64,000 nt of DNA from Rhizophagus irregularis (Eukaryota), in NCBI RefSeq assembly GCF_026210795.1, contig NC_089429.1, forward strand, positions 6,014,001-6,078,000, in the 5' to 3' direction. Numbering within the stretch: the first letter of the stretch is position 1; every line of letters starts with the position of its first letter. Both the position numbers and the translations under genes were made by a program. The notes below the pieces were generated by a model. It did not search any database, had not been told where the DNA came from, and worked only from the letters and a program-made list of their open reading frames with translations. Shown here piece after piece: positions 38,712-51,240 of this stretch.

Positions 38712-39108
38712 GACCATGCTCAATACCAAATATTGTTAACACAGTCGCACAGAATCATGATGAAAAATAATACTAAAAGTATTGTCTAAATGAAAATCTA
38801 TTGTATGTAGTTATCGTTATAAGATTTAGGTGCTTGTTTCAAGTGTGAACCGCAAAATTTGGCGTATTGTAGATCAATTGCTATTATGTTCTAAACACGG
38901 AGATGCACAATATTAAAAATCTTTCAACTCAAAAGTTTGAAATCTATGAAAAAGGTATAAATAAACAAAAAATTTTCTTATAAAGTCAAAAAGAATAAAA
39001 CAAGCCTTAAAATTCAATCAATTCAATCAAAAAAAAAAGACTTTTGATAATTTTTTTTTACATATTAAACCCTTAAAATCAATTAAATTCTTTAAATTTC
39101 CCAACAAA

Positions 39109-39219
39109 ATGAATCAAACTGAAGTTATCATTAAACTATCTATTCCATCTATCGCAACTGCTGGAGTCACTGAAGGTCCTAATCCTAATCCTACTAAAAC
39201 TTCTTGTACGGTCATGTAA
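39109..39219 (+). CDS. 36-aa CaaX peptide MNQTEVIIKLSIPSIATAGVTEGPNPNPTKTSCTVM; candidate lipopeptide pheromone precursor
   Basis: ATG in caaaATG context; TATAAA at ~38957; ends TGT ACG GTC ATG TAA; length, Cys position and stop conserved in the inverted paralog. Below the ORF-track length cutoff. Confidence 0.8.
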   Translation: MNQTEVIIKLSIPSIATAGVTEGPNPNPTKTSCTVM

Positions 39220-40854
39220 TAAAATATAATTTTCACATACTGTATGTGAATTTTATCATCGGGTTTGGTTGGGGATTAAAAATATTGTGCAAATATTTGG
39301 TTCTTCATTCACATTTTTTATCCTATTTATTTGTAATATAAAATTTTAATACACTGTGTCCAAAATTTATTAGTTTACTTGTATTATTAACTATCAAATT
39401 ATTTAGTATTTTTTATTCCATTTTTATATTTAATGAATTACAAAAATAAAATTATGAAAAAGTTGCCTTAAAAGTTAACAATAAATAAATATGACTAATA
39501 TTGGGTTTCAAAAAGGAAATTTCTATTCTGATTATTTAATACGAATTCGCGTTGATTTACTAGGCATTTTACATATTAATTTTTTTATGCATATTTTGTT
39601 TGTAATTAATCCTAGCCCATATTACAGTAATTCTAATTGCCATAATATATAAAAAATGAGCGAAAAATATGCCCATAATCTCCAGCTAGTAAAATTTAAC
39701 GGCGAAAATGTGTAATTTCGTAATTTAAAATTTGCAATTTTGAAGATAACCTCCTGATTTATTAATGCGAAAGTCAGAAATTAATTTGGTACTACTAATA
39801 AATTTTATATATAAAATTGCTCGTCGACCACTAATGAAAATATTTGCGAACTGAAATCAGGCAAAAAGTACGACCAGTTGACCATCTTTAGAATTTATTA
39901 CAATTAGGAAACGGATCAAGTTCGAAGCAGGGACAATGATTTATCATGGCATTTTACAATATATCACAAAAGACACATAATTTCACAAAATGTTATATAA
40001 TTTTCGCATAATTTCCATTAATTGCAGATTACGTCACTTACCATCAAATTTGATGACATGTTATGGCCCACACAAAAATTTGTCTTACAAAAAATGGTCC
40101 GAAGCGCAGTTATCATTGCACAACATCACGTGCCGGTTTGTGTTGTAATGCCAAGTGAATTTATTAATTGTGGGGCACAGTAGTATATTTATTAGTTTAA
40201 GTGTATAAAATTTTGAAATATATTAATCGTGAAACGTTACAATTTATTTTTAGATTTTGGGTGTCGGATCGCGATATTACTATAATGGGAAATGGGATTG
40301 GAGATCAAATTTTAGGAATTTTTCAAAGATCATATTTAGCGAGACTAGAAATTAAATATCTCACGGGAAAAAGGAAAAGTTTTGCTAAGGACAAAAATTG
40401 TTCGCTTTAAAAGTGGAGGACGTGCAATAGAAATCATGAGGAGTAAAAAGGACTTAGAATTATTTTCGTTGAAAATTATTTGGTTATAAAAGGGCAGGAT
40501 TTGAGGGACGGAAAAAGGGGATTTATTAGAATTTATGGTAAATTGATTTTATAGCTTAGGAATTAAATATTATTAAACCAAGCATTATATCATTTAATAT
40601 TAACGTATTTGTGTTAAGACTGCGATGGCAACGTAGTTTACTACGGGCGTAGGTCTTACAGACCGATCATTTTTTTTAGACCTGTAAAACCTGTCCTTTT
40701 GGTACACAGAAAATTTAATCTTTTAATATGATAACTTTTAAATTTTATTTATAAAATAAACGAAAATACATTTATATAACGTAATAAAAAATTTGATATT
40801 TAATGAATAATATAATAATAATAAAAAAAAGTAAATGAAATTTAAATAATCTGA

Positions 40855-42282
40855 CTAGTATTGGTACCTTTCTACCAACCTATCGTGCTCAGCAGTCCAG
40901 TAAAAATTCCTTTCGCTATGATAATGTGGTGTAAACTTTATTGGAAGTCTATTTTTACTTTTCCAATCTTTTAGGAAGTTTTCCACCCCTTCTATCGAGA
41001 AATTCCATTTATCACTAAATGAAATATTTCGTAACTTATTGAGCGGGGAATTATTTATAACTTTTAATAAATCATTTCCAGTAGGTAATACTTTAACTGG
41101 TGTTGTAAAATATATTTCCTCCAATTGTTTACAATTTGAGAACATCATGCTTAATTCATCTAAATTTTTATGGTCAACATCTATGGTTAACCTCGTTAAT
41201 AAAGGGCAGTTTTTAGATATCGTTATAATTAAATTTTTATTTTCGGTCGTATAATCTAAAAACTTGAGTGATTGACGTGAATCAATCTCTAATATTTTCC
41301 CACCGGATTTTTCGATTATCAAACTTTCAATATTAAATGGTAAGCATGAAGTTTGGAGACGTGTAAGGTGAGGGAATTTTTTAATGTTGTTTAAGCACTT
41401 TTCCCATTCTTGCCAATCTATATATTTATTTAATTTATTATTAAGAGTTATTTCTAATATATTTTCTAAGGACTGAATAAATATAGGTGAAACACAATTT
41501 AGTGTTGGTTGTAAAGTAATGTTTTTTAATGTTGAACCTTTTTCTCTGATCACATTACTTAATAATGTGCAGGTATCTTTCACATTATTATTAAAATCCA
41601 GAAACAAGGATTGCAGTTTATTTTGATTTTTAATAAACTTAATTAAGGACTTTTTATCTTTATCTCTACCACAATTACTTATCACTAATTTAGAGATATT
41701 TAAACAAATTTTGGAAAGGTCGGAAAAATTTTGATTGGTTATGAACTTCCAATTAATTTCAAGTGAATGTAAGTTTGAAAAAAAAGATTGCGCGTTTGGA
41801 TATTCACACAAGTTTTTTTCAACTTCCCAAGAAAAATGTTTAACGTTAATACATTTACTAAAAATTAATTTGTAAATTTCTCTTTCCAAAATTTGTTTTT
41901 TGTGGCTATGATTCTTATGATTCTTGATTAAAAGATGTGCCATATCTATGATCCAAAATGGCGTGATACGAATGAAAAATCTCATATAATCAAATGTTGG
42001 CATTCTTGATAATTTATTCAATGGTAATATGATATTATTTTGGGGCAAAGGATCTACCGGATCATTTGGCAGAAAATGTGCTATTACGTTGTAAAGTTTT
42101 GAACGTGATTCTGGATTATAGAGGAAAGGATTATCGTAAGCATATGAAATATGTCTCCATAATATAGGTGTAGCTATGTTAAACCATTCTTTATTAACCA
42201 AAAGGCATGAACGCAAGGAAACGGGATCATCCTTCAATTCGGTAAAAATTAACAAGAGAACGTCTGGAACAAGTTGAGCCAT
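40855..42282 (-). CDS. F-box / RNI-like LRR protein (~475 aa)
   Basis: MAQLVPDVLLLIFTEL..SLRSCLLVNKEW..PILW F-box; LRR motifs NCPLLTRL, NCKQLEEI. Confidence 0.88.
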   Translation of the reverse strand: MAQLVPDVLLLIFTELKDDPVSLRSCLLVNKEWFNIATPILWRHISYAYDNPFLYNPESRSKLYNVIAHFLPNDPVDPLPQNNIILPLNKLSRMPTFDYMRFFIRITPFWIIDMAHLLIKNHKNHSHKKQILEREIYKLIFSKCINVKHFSWEVEKNLCEYPNAQSFFSNLHSLEINWKFITNQNFSDLSKICLNISKLVISNCGRDKDKKSLIKFIKNQNKLQSLFLDFNNNVKDTCTLLSNVIREKGSTLKNITLQPTLNCVSPIFIQSLENILEITLNNKLNKYIDWQEWEKCLNNIKKFPHLTRLQTSCLPFNIESLIIEKSGGKILEIDSRQSLKFLDYTTENKNLIITISKNCPLLTRLTIDVDHKNLDELSMMFSNCKQLEEIYFTTPVKVLPTGNDLLKVINNSPLNKLRNISFSDKWNFSIEGVENFLKDWKSKNRLPIKFTPHYHSERNFYWTAEHDRLVERYQY

Positions 42283-44278
42283 GGAAAGAAATAGATATAT
42301 ATGATAAATAGTATGTGAATAATGTGAAAAAACAATAGTAGTATAAAGTATAAACAAATAGTATGATATGAAAAAATGTTAAATATCAAAAATTACAAAA
42401 TAACGATCCATATTTATATAAAAAATTTACGATCTAAATAGTAATCGAAATGACCTCAAAAAAAAGATTGTTCTAGTTTACTCCGACATCTAAACAACGA
42501 TTTGATTTTTTCTCCCGTTTTAGATTTATTGAAAGTAGTTAATTTCTTATATAAAATCAATAAACTTAATTTGGGAGTTCAAAGAAAATAGTTTGTGTCA
42601 GACTATAAATTTTAAAATATGTTTCTATTAATTTATAATAGTTTTAAAATTAGGTGATCATAACAATGGCTTTTTTCGAAAGTACTTTAATTTTGTTCTA
42701 CAGTACAATAGTTTGGTAGATCATCAAATATATAACGTTTGACATGTATTTCTTTTTTTTTTAATATAAATTACTATTTTTGTTCAGTTCAAACAAATTA
42801 GAATTTTTTATTTTCTAAGAATTAATTTGAAACGTAGTACACTTAATAATTAATAAATTTTCTTCAGTCCCTTTTAAAGAAAAGGAATCCTTTAAATTTT
42901 CAAAGCATGAAAGCATGAAAGATACAAAATATTGTATGTTTGAAACAGTAAATGAGAGAAAATGTGTTATGTGTATCATGCGTTTAATATCCGACTAGTA
43001 TTAAGTTGACAAAATAAGCAATTTCATAGTTTTCATCATTGTTTCCAGTTTTAGAATAATATTCTGACATCGTTTGTAACATATTATTATTGTTATCATT
43101 GTAGACGCACTCATTGCATGCATGACAAACATTTTAAACTGCGGTTTATTTTTCGATTAGTCAAAATATTTACGGAGAATCCGGATTGTTATGATACATA
43201 TACGGTATACCCGAGTTACATGTAGTGTTTCAACTTGACAAAGAATAAAGGTTAAACTATATATACATATTGTTCATTTCCAGTGACACAGGAGAAAATT
43301 TTACAAAAATTAATTAAATAAACAAACTTCTTATTTCTGTCTAATGCATATATGAATAAAATCATGATCGGGTGGTACAGTAAATATTCCTTAATCATGT
43401 GACACCGTGGTAAATATTTTTACTTTACGTAATAAAAGATGAATGAATTCCTAACGCAAGGATGACTCTCGAATAATAATTGAAGAATCTAGATTTAATG
43501 AATTAGTAAATTCGACCATGTTATCTCACATACGATAGAAATATACTTCTGTAAATATTGTTCTAGGGCTGTACAATTTGTAGTTCATATCAGGCATGTG
43601 ACAATTGTGACATGTCATTTAGATCATATGTATTTTCACTATATCTGATATTGGCTGAATTGCGCTAGCTATTGCGCTCATTTGGGGCAGTGACAATACT
43701 GAACTCGCGATAAGTAATAAAAGATCTAGATCTTGTGTGTTTTTACGCCTTTGAAAGTATGCTCTAACTTGGTACTGAATTGGTTGGATCGAATCAATTA
43801 AATTAGACATAAACGGAGATGATAATAATTCACCAATTTTTCATGCAAAGACTCTTTTTATACTAACGGTTTCAAAGATCGTTTAGTTAAAAGTTGGAAA
43901 AAAAAACTTACTTTAATATAAATTTAGTATTCCAAATTTGAAATCACATGATGCTCGTATAGTTAGTTATAGGACAATCAATAACTGATAAAAAACATTA
44001 CGTCACTATACAATAAATATATTATACTGATACGCTTCATGTAATTTTATGCTGCAATCGAACCGGCTTTAGATTTATTGCAAAAAAATCATTGGAAATT
44101 TATTTTGAAGCATAACTTTCTCGAAATTACAGTACCAATCTTATCCGGATATCACATATTATTCTTTATTATGCAAATATCTCATATTTAATCACTATTA
44201 CATATTCAGAATATCATATATACAAAGGAGAAAAGCAGAAAGAAAAAAAAAAGAAATTTATGTACAATAAAACAAAAA

Positions 44279-46133
44279 TTATTGATTTTTCGCCCAATAT
44301 TCTTTTCTTGCCTCGAATAAACTCGGGGAATAATCTCCTGACCTTGCAATGCTAAAGTTTTTAAAGGCATTACCATTAGGACGAGAACTTTTTGCAACAC
44401 GTCCGTCAAAATCTAAAACTTCATTTTCCAGACGAGTTGGATTATTTATACCATCTATGGTTTTGCTTTGTTCCCCTTTAAATAACTCAAGTTTCAAATG
44501 ACCATTTGATTTATTAATGCCAACAACCTAACAAAATTAAGAATTAATATAAAATATAACACTGAATAAGAATTATTAAGTAGTTACTAACCTTCAAATC
44601 CATCAAAACTGTTATCCCAATGTTTTTAAATTGTCGTTTATATTTTAATGTATCGTTCAGTCTAATGATCTGTGCTTTGGCCATTTCGGGAAGAGAAATC
44701 TTTGCGGAATCACTAAAATCACAATTTAATTAATATTGTAAAAAGTATTTATACATTTACGTTATATATAATATTTACCCTGCAACTTGTTTCTTTCCTA
44801 ATTTTCCCCAAAGTCCGAGTCCCCACTCTTGTTCATAATCATCACTCTATTGAATGATAATAATGACGTTAAAATTAATAAATAACAACTGAAATAAATA
44901 AATAAACAATCACCTTCCAATTCTTGGGAACTTTGGTCTTAAAATTTTCAAGATTATCCCATTGTGTATCGACTCCATATGAAGTATTATATCCATATCT
45001 AACGCTCGTTTGGAACCACCATCGAGCATCTTTGAAAGAATCTGAAAGCCAAAAATCAAATCGAGGACAAACTTTATTTGGATCAAGTTCTTTAACCGGT
45101 TCAGATACACCCGGCATATAAAGTTCTTTTCCCGCGGCCGTATATTCTCGTTCAATTCTTGGAGTGTCAATAGGTTCTCCATTATCGCTCGCAATTGGTA
45201 CTAATTCGCAATTCGGTATAAGTTTCAAGAGACGACTTTTTTGTTCATCCGAAAACTTATTGTATACTTGAAAATTAAAAAGTGACTATTCAAATATTAA
45301 CGATTTAATTCTTTTTAACAATCAGAAAAAAAAAGATGGATAATAATAAATATAATTACTTTCAATTGTTTCTTAGCGACCATGGATTTGGGATCTGAGA
45401 ATAATTTTTGAAGATAATCCACATCTTTTTTTTTCATCCAAGGTTGCCTAGTAAACATCCTTTCTTGATAGTCATGATATTCTGGAAACGGCTCTCTGGG
45501 AACTTCAAAGAGTTGTGCTTTGATCTTTTCCCATTTTTCTTGAACAATTGAATCAGTTTCATCAATATTCATCGTATCAGAACCATCATATTTTGGGATA
45601 TTGCTCGAAGAAGTGGCCATACTCAATTTTTCATTAAACAGACTTTTAAGAGACATGAAACTAGCACTTGGTGCGTCTGACATGAAACTAGTGCTTGGCG
45701 CGTCTGACATGAAACTAGTACTTGGCGCGTCTGACATGAAACTAGCGCTTGGCACGACTGACATGAAACTAGTGCTTGGCGCGACTTCTATATTATCTTC
45801 GTAATACGGTTCAATAACTTTGTTTTTCCCTTTGTTACTTCTTTTGATAGTTTCTGATTCCTGACTGTCATTATATGGAATAACATCCATTTTCATTTCT
45901 TCTATTTGTTGTTGTTTTTCATCTTCATTGCGAACCTTTTTACTTTTATGAACGGGAGAAAAAGATTTTGCACGTTTTTTATATAATGAAAATGCAGGTT
46001 GAGTTTCTTTATTATATTCAGGGTAAACTTCTTGAAAAGCTGCTTCTTTTAATAGTTGTTCGTCTTTGCGTTTAATGCGAGTTGACCTTCTAACTGAAGT
46101 AGAACTTTTAGTATTATTTCTTTTTTTCGGCAT
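44279..46133 (-). CDS. ASX-homology (DEUBAD) protein with RAMA-like C-terminus, 5 exons
   Basis: Exons 46133-45360, 45285-44914, 44846-44779, 44712-44592 and 44527-44279 splice in frame at GT-AG sites. LFSDPKSMVAKKQLKSLFNFQVYNKFSDEQKSRLLKLIP..SFKDARWWFQTSVRYG..WKSDDYEQEWG resembles fungal DEUBAD. Confidence 0.8.
45652..45785. repeat. Coding minisatellite, 5 x 27 bp (APSTSFMSD-like)
   Basis: gacatgaaactag..cttgg repeated at a 27-bp period inside exon 1. Confidence 0.93.
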
Positions 46134-47599
46134 TTTTAAAGAATAGTTTTGTCTGTGAGAAAAAAATATAAAGTTCATTATTTATGAATGTGCGTGGTAA
46201 TTAAGAAAAACACGAAAATAAGTTAAATTGTCATAATTGGAAATAAATCATGAGTGCCCGAATCGATCTTTGATGTAAAAGTATAGATTTTTGATTTCGT
46301 ACGACCAGTCTTCTATATTTTTGTAGTTAGTACCATCAAAGATGACCTATTAAGATTTAAGATAGATATCGTGGCATTCTTGAAAAGCAATAAAGGTATA
46401 TATTTAATTTTACTATTAATTGTATGAAGAACTATCCTCAAAGTCGATACTTTTGTCTCATGCTCCCTGGGTAACGGAATAACTAAATTATATCGTTTGT
46501 CAAATAAAATACGGTAAATGTAATTTGACTATCACGATTGTTCTTGAAAAAAGCAAATAATTAGGCAATTTACCAGGTACCCAATAATAATGTCCATGTG
46601 GTTAACAAATTCTTATAATAAATATATCTTAGCCATTTTTAATTAAGTTCCAAAATTAGCAATAATATAATATTAATTTAATTATATTAACTTTTCATTT
46701 AATTAATTTAACTAACTTCCAAATTTAGCAATATATTAACTTTATTTTTTTAATTAACTGATACTTAATTACATCAACTTTTTATTAACACTTTTAATTA
46801 TATTAACTTTTTTTTTTAATGATTAGCAATAACTTTTATTAGACTACAAGAACATATATTGCCACCCGGCATACATTAATGCATGCTAAATAATGAGATC
46901 AATTGGATGTATGCGATCTATTATTTTAAATCTATCTATATCTTTCAAATTTCAATTATGTATTTTCAAGTTATTTTTAGATCTTCCATCATTTTTGCTT
47001 TTATCCCAGCCCTAATTAACAAGCGGTTGTTAAATTGCAAAAAATATTTCCTTATTTTTTGGGACTCTGTTTGCCTTCAGGTCTTTTTCAATATCATTTT
47101 CGATAGTAACATCTTTAAAATTGTCTTTATTTAACTGTCACGTTCACGTGTTTTCACGAAGATCATCCCGTGTAGTACCATTCTAGCAAAGGAGGTAAGT
47201 CGAATTGACTTGGCGAAGGAGGATGTTAAATAAATTGTCGATGAGAATAAATTGAATTGACTTGGCGAAGGAGGTTTTTATTTTCAGTTGGATAATCTTG
47301 GAATGATATCATGATTTCACTTTGAATCTTATTTCCATCAACCTAGCAGAAAGGATTGCTTCTATATCTATACCTCAGCGGCCTAGGTGATGGAGAAGGT
47401 GAGAAGCCAACAATTTAATTTTAAAGTACGAATATTTTATTTTATTTTATTTTTACACATTTTTTTTTTACTCACTTAAAATCACATCGCTCATGTACAC
47501 ATGAATTCCTTTCTCTTGTAAGAACATAAAATGATGCTTACTCAACCCAGAAGACCCAAAGAAAAGAGAGGAGTCATAAAAAGAAAGAAAGGAATATCC

Positions 47600-49200
47600 A
47601 TTGAGTAGCAAAATCATAGTTTTGACTGTAATTCGCGTTAGTCCTTTGATCCATGTATTAAACTGAGTATCGTTCCAATTCGAATCTTTTTTCTGTTGGA
47701 TTTCTTTAAATCCATTTGAAGATCCATTTGTTATTCCAGTTGTTTGTCCTAACGGTTGAATAATTGTCCAGTGAATTAGTAACAAATTTGTTGCTACATA
47801 ATTTGTTTACGGAAAAAAAAAAATTGATTTTTTTAATTGAAAAAAATTCAAGAGGAAATTGCTAACAAATTACCAATTCATTTGCGGAAACCCTGATCAC
47901 ACTTTTTCCAACAACATCTGTCACGACGGAAGAAGTGATCCTTTGCAAGATTATCATCATTGATTACGTCAGTGTAATCAGGAACTAATTACTCATTGTT
48001 TAACTGAATAGTATCATTCATACCCTTAGTTTTTTGGCCAGTTAAAGGCTTAATAAGAGCCTTCCCGATCTTCGCTCTACCGGAGGGAATTTTAGTTAAC
48101 ATGTGACCTTGAATTTCTTTTAATTGATGTTGAATCTTGGTTTTTGAGCTTGTTCTATCCAGCCTGGAAATAATGTTAGCCAAAGTACCTCCTTACTACC
48201 TATACTCAAAATTAATTCGTCAAGTTTTGGTCGGCTCGTTCTAATTTGCTCGGTTTTTTTGATCAGATAAATTTGTTGTATCTCATTGACACATTATACA
48301 CACGCCAAAACATACTTAACCGACGTAATTCTGCGAATTTGATATCATTCTCTCCTTTAAGGCGTTCTTTCCTCAATTTCGAGCGAAGTTTTGCAGTTTG
48401 AGCTGGATTGAGATTAGCCTTCTGATGGGCATTTTGATCACGTAAATATGTAGTCGCAATAGCATAAGATTCCATTCTTATCTACCAACTATACGGTATC
48501 TCAGTACGACATTGCATCAGCAGCTTTTTACAAAAGAAATTTAACCTTTCATGAGCAAGTTCAATATCAAAATTGGCGAGTTCGTCCAAATCCTGTTGGT
48601 TGAATTTGTAAATTCTCTCTTGTTGCAATTGTAATAAATTCTTGATCTGACTCACTTCACCTCATGACAGGTGATATCGTCGCAGATGCAAACTGAGAAT
48701 TGAATTAGTTTCTTATTACCAGCAAGTATACCATCTACTTCATCCATTATGATATGTATTTCCTTTATCGACATATTTTTTTTCTTTTTGCTATTTGACA
48801 ATGACTCAAAAATTTTTTTTGTTAACCTCAATCTTTTGAGTAATTGTATAATCAATCGGGAGAACCAGAAATTTAACGATGCAGCCATTCATTCTTTGCT
48901 CTTAAATTTGAGACCTTTATCTCACTCGCTAAGCCATCTTTCCAAATCTTTCACGAAATTCTGATTACCATTGTTTTAGATGATGCAAGTAGAACGATCA
49001 CGGTAATTGCATCAGAAAGTTTTACAATAGGAGCTTATTGGAGGCATTATAATAGCACGATTACTAGAAGGTATATACTGCTTTTTTCGTCCACGTTTCG
49101 TTTTCTCGAGAGATCAAGTGATCTTGATTCTTTTTCTAATACAAAGTTGTCATCAACATCAATCCTTGTTTTTAGGCTTTTTTTTTGTTATTGCTTCTGA
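47600..49200 (-). pseudogene. Decayed gene of unknown family
   Basis: Several protein-like minus-strand ORF pieces (48263-48475, 47989-48183, part of 47468-47785) broken by stops and frameshifts; no motif recognised. Confidence 0.45.
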
Positions 49201-49298
49201 TGTTGCTTCTGTGGTTTAGTTGTGAATAAACCGGGTTTCTGATGTAAAAATTCTATATAATAAACTAAAATTCTTGCAAGTTTTTGGGTGAAGAACCA

Positions 49299-49830
49299 TG
49301 CCCATTATTTGTGGGCATTGTTTAAATATCATTTTTGATATCATTTAAATTCTATACATAAATAGTTTAATATTAAATGAAAATAGATTAATTTTGTCTA
49401 ATTATTTTTATATTTCTAACATCGACCTTTCCACTTTTCCAAACTTTCTCAGAGAAAATCTAAAATTATTATTCGAAAAATGTTTCTAAGCCTTCTACTG
49501 AAAATTCAAATGAGAGTTCTCGTAAGGTTATTAGAGATAAATCGCCCACAACTTAAGTGCCCATTATTTATGAGCATTTGTTTAGATATTATTTTTGATA
49601 TTATTTAAAATTCTATACAATAAATAAATAAATATATATATATATATATATATCTTTAGTGATCTAATTTTGTCTAATTGTTTTTTATATTTCCAACATC
49701 GACCTTTCCACTTTTCTAAAAACACCTCCAAACTTCTCAGAGAAAATCTAAATTATTATTCGAAAAATATTTCTAAGCTACTGAGAATTCAAATGTAATT
49801 CTCGTAAAGTTATTAGAGATAAATCGCTCA
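49299..49830. repeat. Tandem duplication, 2 x ~260-270 bp
   Basis: tgcccattattt..aacatcgacctttccacttttc..ttattagagataaatcgc occurs twice (starts near 49299 and 49558). Confidence 0.88.
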
Positions 49831-50879
49831 TATCTTAAAGTGTTAATAATTTTTATCGGCATAAAATTACCGATTTAGCTGGTTTATAATTTATAATTGG
49901 ATATAATTGCTGATTTCATGTTGCTCTTTAGGATCTGGTATAACTGCTAGTGTGAGAATATTGTAGGCTTGAAGAGTAAATAACGGCGTATATTACACCG
50001 ACAGAATCCATTCTTAATTTACATTAATATTATTAATATTGGTTCGTCTCCTACTTTGGTTTTTTTGATTAAGTGACATATTGGTAGGAAGTAAAGAATT
50101 TAAAGCAGAGAAGTAGAAGCTTATCATCGTCTGAGCCCTGGCTAAATTGGAATTAATTAAGAATATTTAATCGTGGTAATTCATAAACCTAAATGCTTCA
50201 GGAAACTTTTGTTTAAAATTTCACCAACAGTACGTCAACGTCACTTCGTCCCTTTCTTAGGCATACGCGACTTCCCGGTAGTCGGCTTTTGACAGTTGTA
50301 GATTTGAGAATCGTCTTGATAGGTGACGATTTGCTAGTCGACTTATTGGTCTTGTCACAATGTCATTCGGCTCATTTCTTGAATCTTTCTACAAGATCGC
50401 TTTTTTTGGGGGGATCTTTGGGATTAAGCCAACTAGCACGATTCGCAAAGTATAAATTTTGGTGCAGTGATGTTCTTGGAATCTTCCAATAAAAATTAGA
50501 TTATCAAGCGTGTATACATATGTGTAACTTAAATCTTACATTGCTATAATGAACCAGCAAAATCTACAACTACTACTAACTACTACCTTGACGCTAAAAT
50601 AGAAAAATATTAATATAGTATAAATATTCCTTTTAACAGTAACATATAATTAATCAAATTTTCGCAATAGTTATTAAACATCCTTTTTGTTTTGACATAT
50701 TCAACCATTTTTAGAATGGGGTGAATCCGCGAGAAATCAGGTCACTTTTTCCTTTTACTGCTATTTATGAAAGAATAATGTTGCTAGTCTGAACTCCTCT
50801 AAATCAGAATCCTTGCTAGAATTGACGACTTTTTACTTGATTTATTATTTAATTATATGAAAATAATATTGGATACGAC

Positions 50880-51240
50880 ATAAAATGGACCTGTAACGTG
50901 TATTTCATGATTTGAGGCTTCGTTGTGTATTTACAAGTAAGTTAACTTTTCTTTAAATTTTGTTGGTATTTAATCCTAATTATTCATATTATTTATGGAT
51001 TATTATAATACAAGATAACTCTACCAAGATTTGATAATTACTATATTTGCTTTAATTTCTAAATTATACTTTAGATCTTACTTAACATCTTTGAACTACT
51101 ACTTACAGCAACTAATACTTTTAAATGGAACGACTTCAATATGACATTTTTATTTATGAATCTTTGGATAATTGATCCGCGATTAAGATCCAGGAAATTA
51201 CTCATTTGGCACAACAATCAGTTTAAAACTCGTTTTCTTT
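50880..51240 (+). pseudogene. Diverged homolog of the 24.2-25.7 kb repeat unit
   Basis: Shared tgtatt..atgatttgaggc..gtatttacaagtaagttaa, attatttatggattatt, ctaaattatacttta, ttacagcaac and catttggc.caacaa segments. Confidence 0.6.

Larger units (their letters stand above)
36658..39545. repeat. Inverted segmental duplication (arms ~36658-37610 and ~38745-39545)
   Basis: Upstream, coding and downstream sequences of the two peptide genes are reverse complements, e.g. gagttgaaagatttttaatattgt / acaatattaaaaatctttcaactc and gaatgaagaaccaaatatttgcacaatattttt / aaaatattgtgcaaatatttggttcttcattc. Confidence 0.92.

Noticed and set aside
45652..45785. CRISPR-like array
   Set aside because: Contiguous 27-bp coding repeats without unique spacers, inside a eukaryotic exon; no cas genes.
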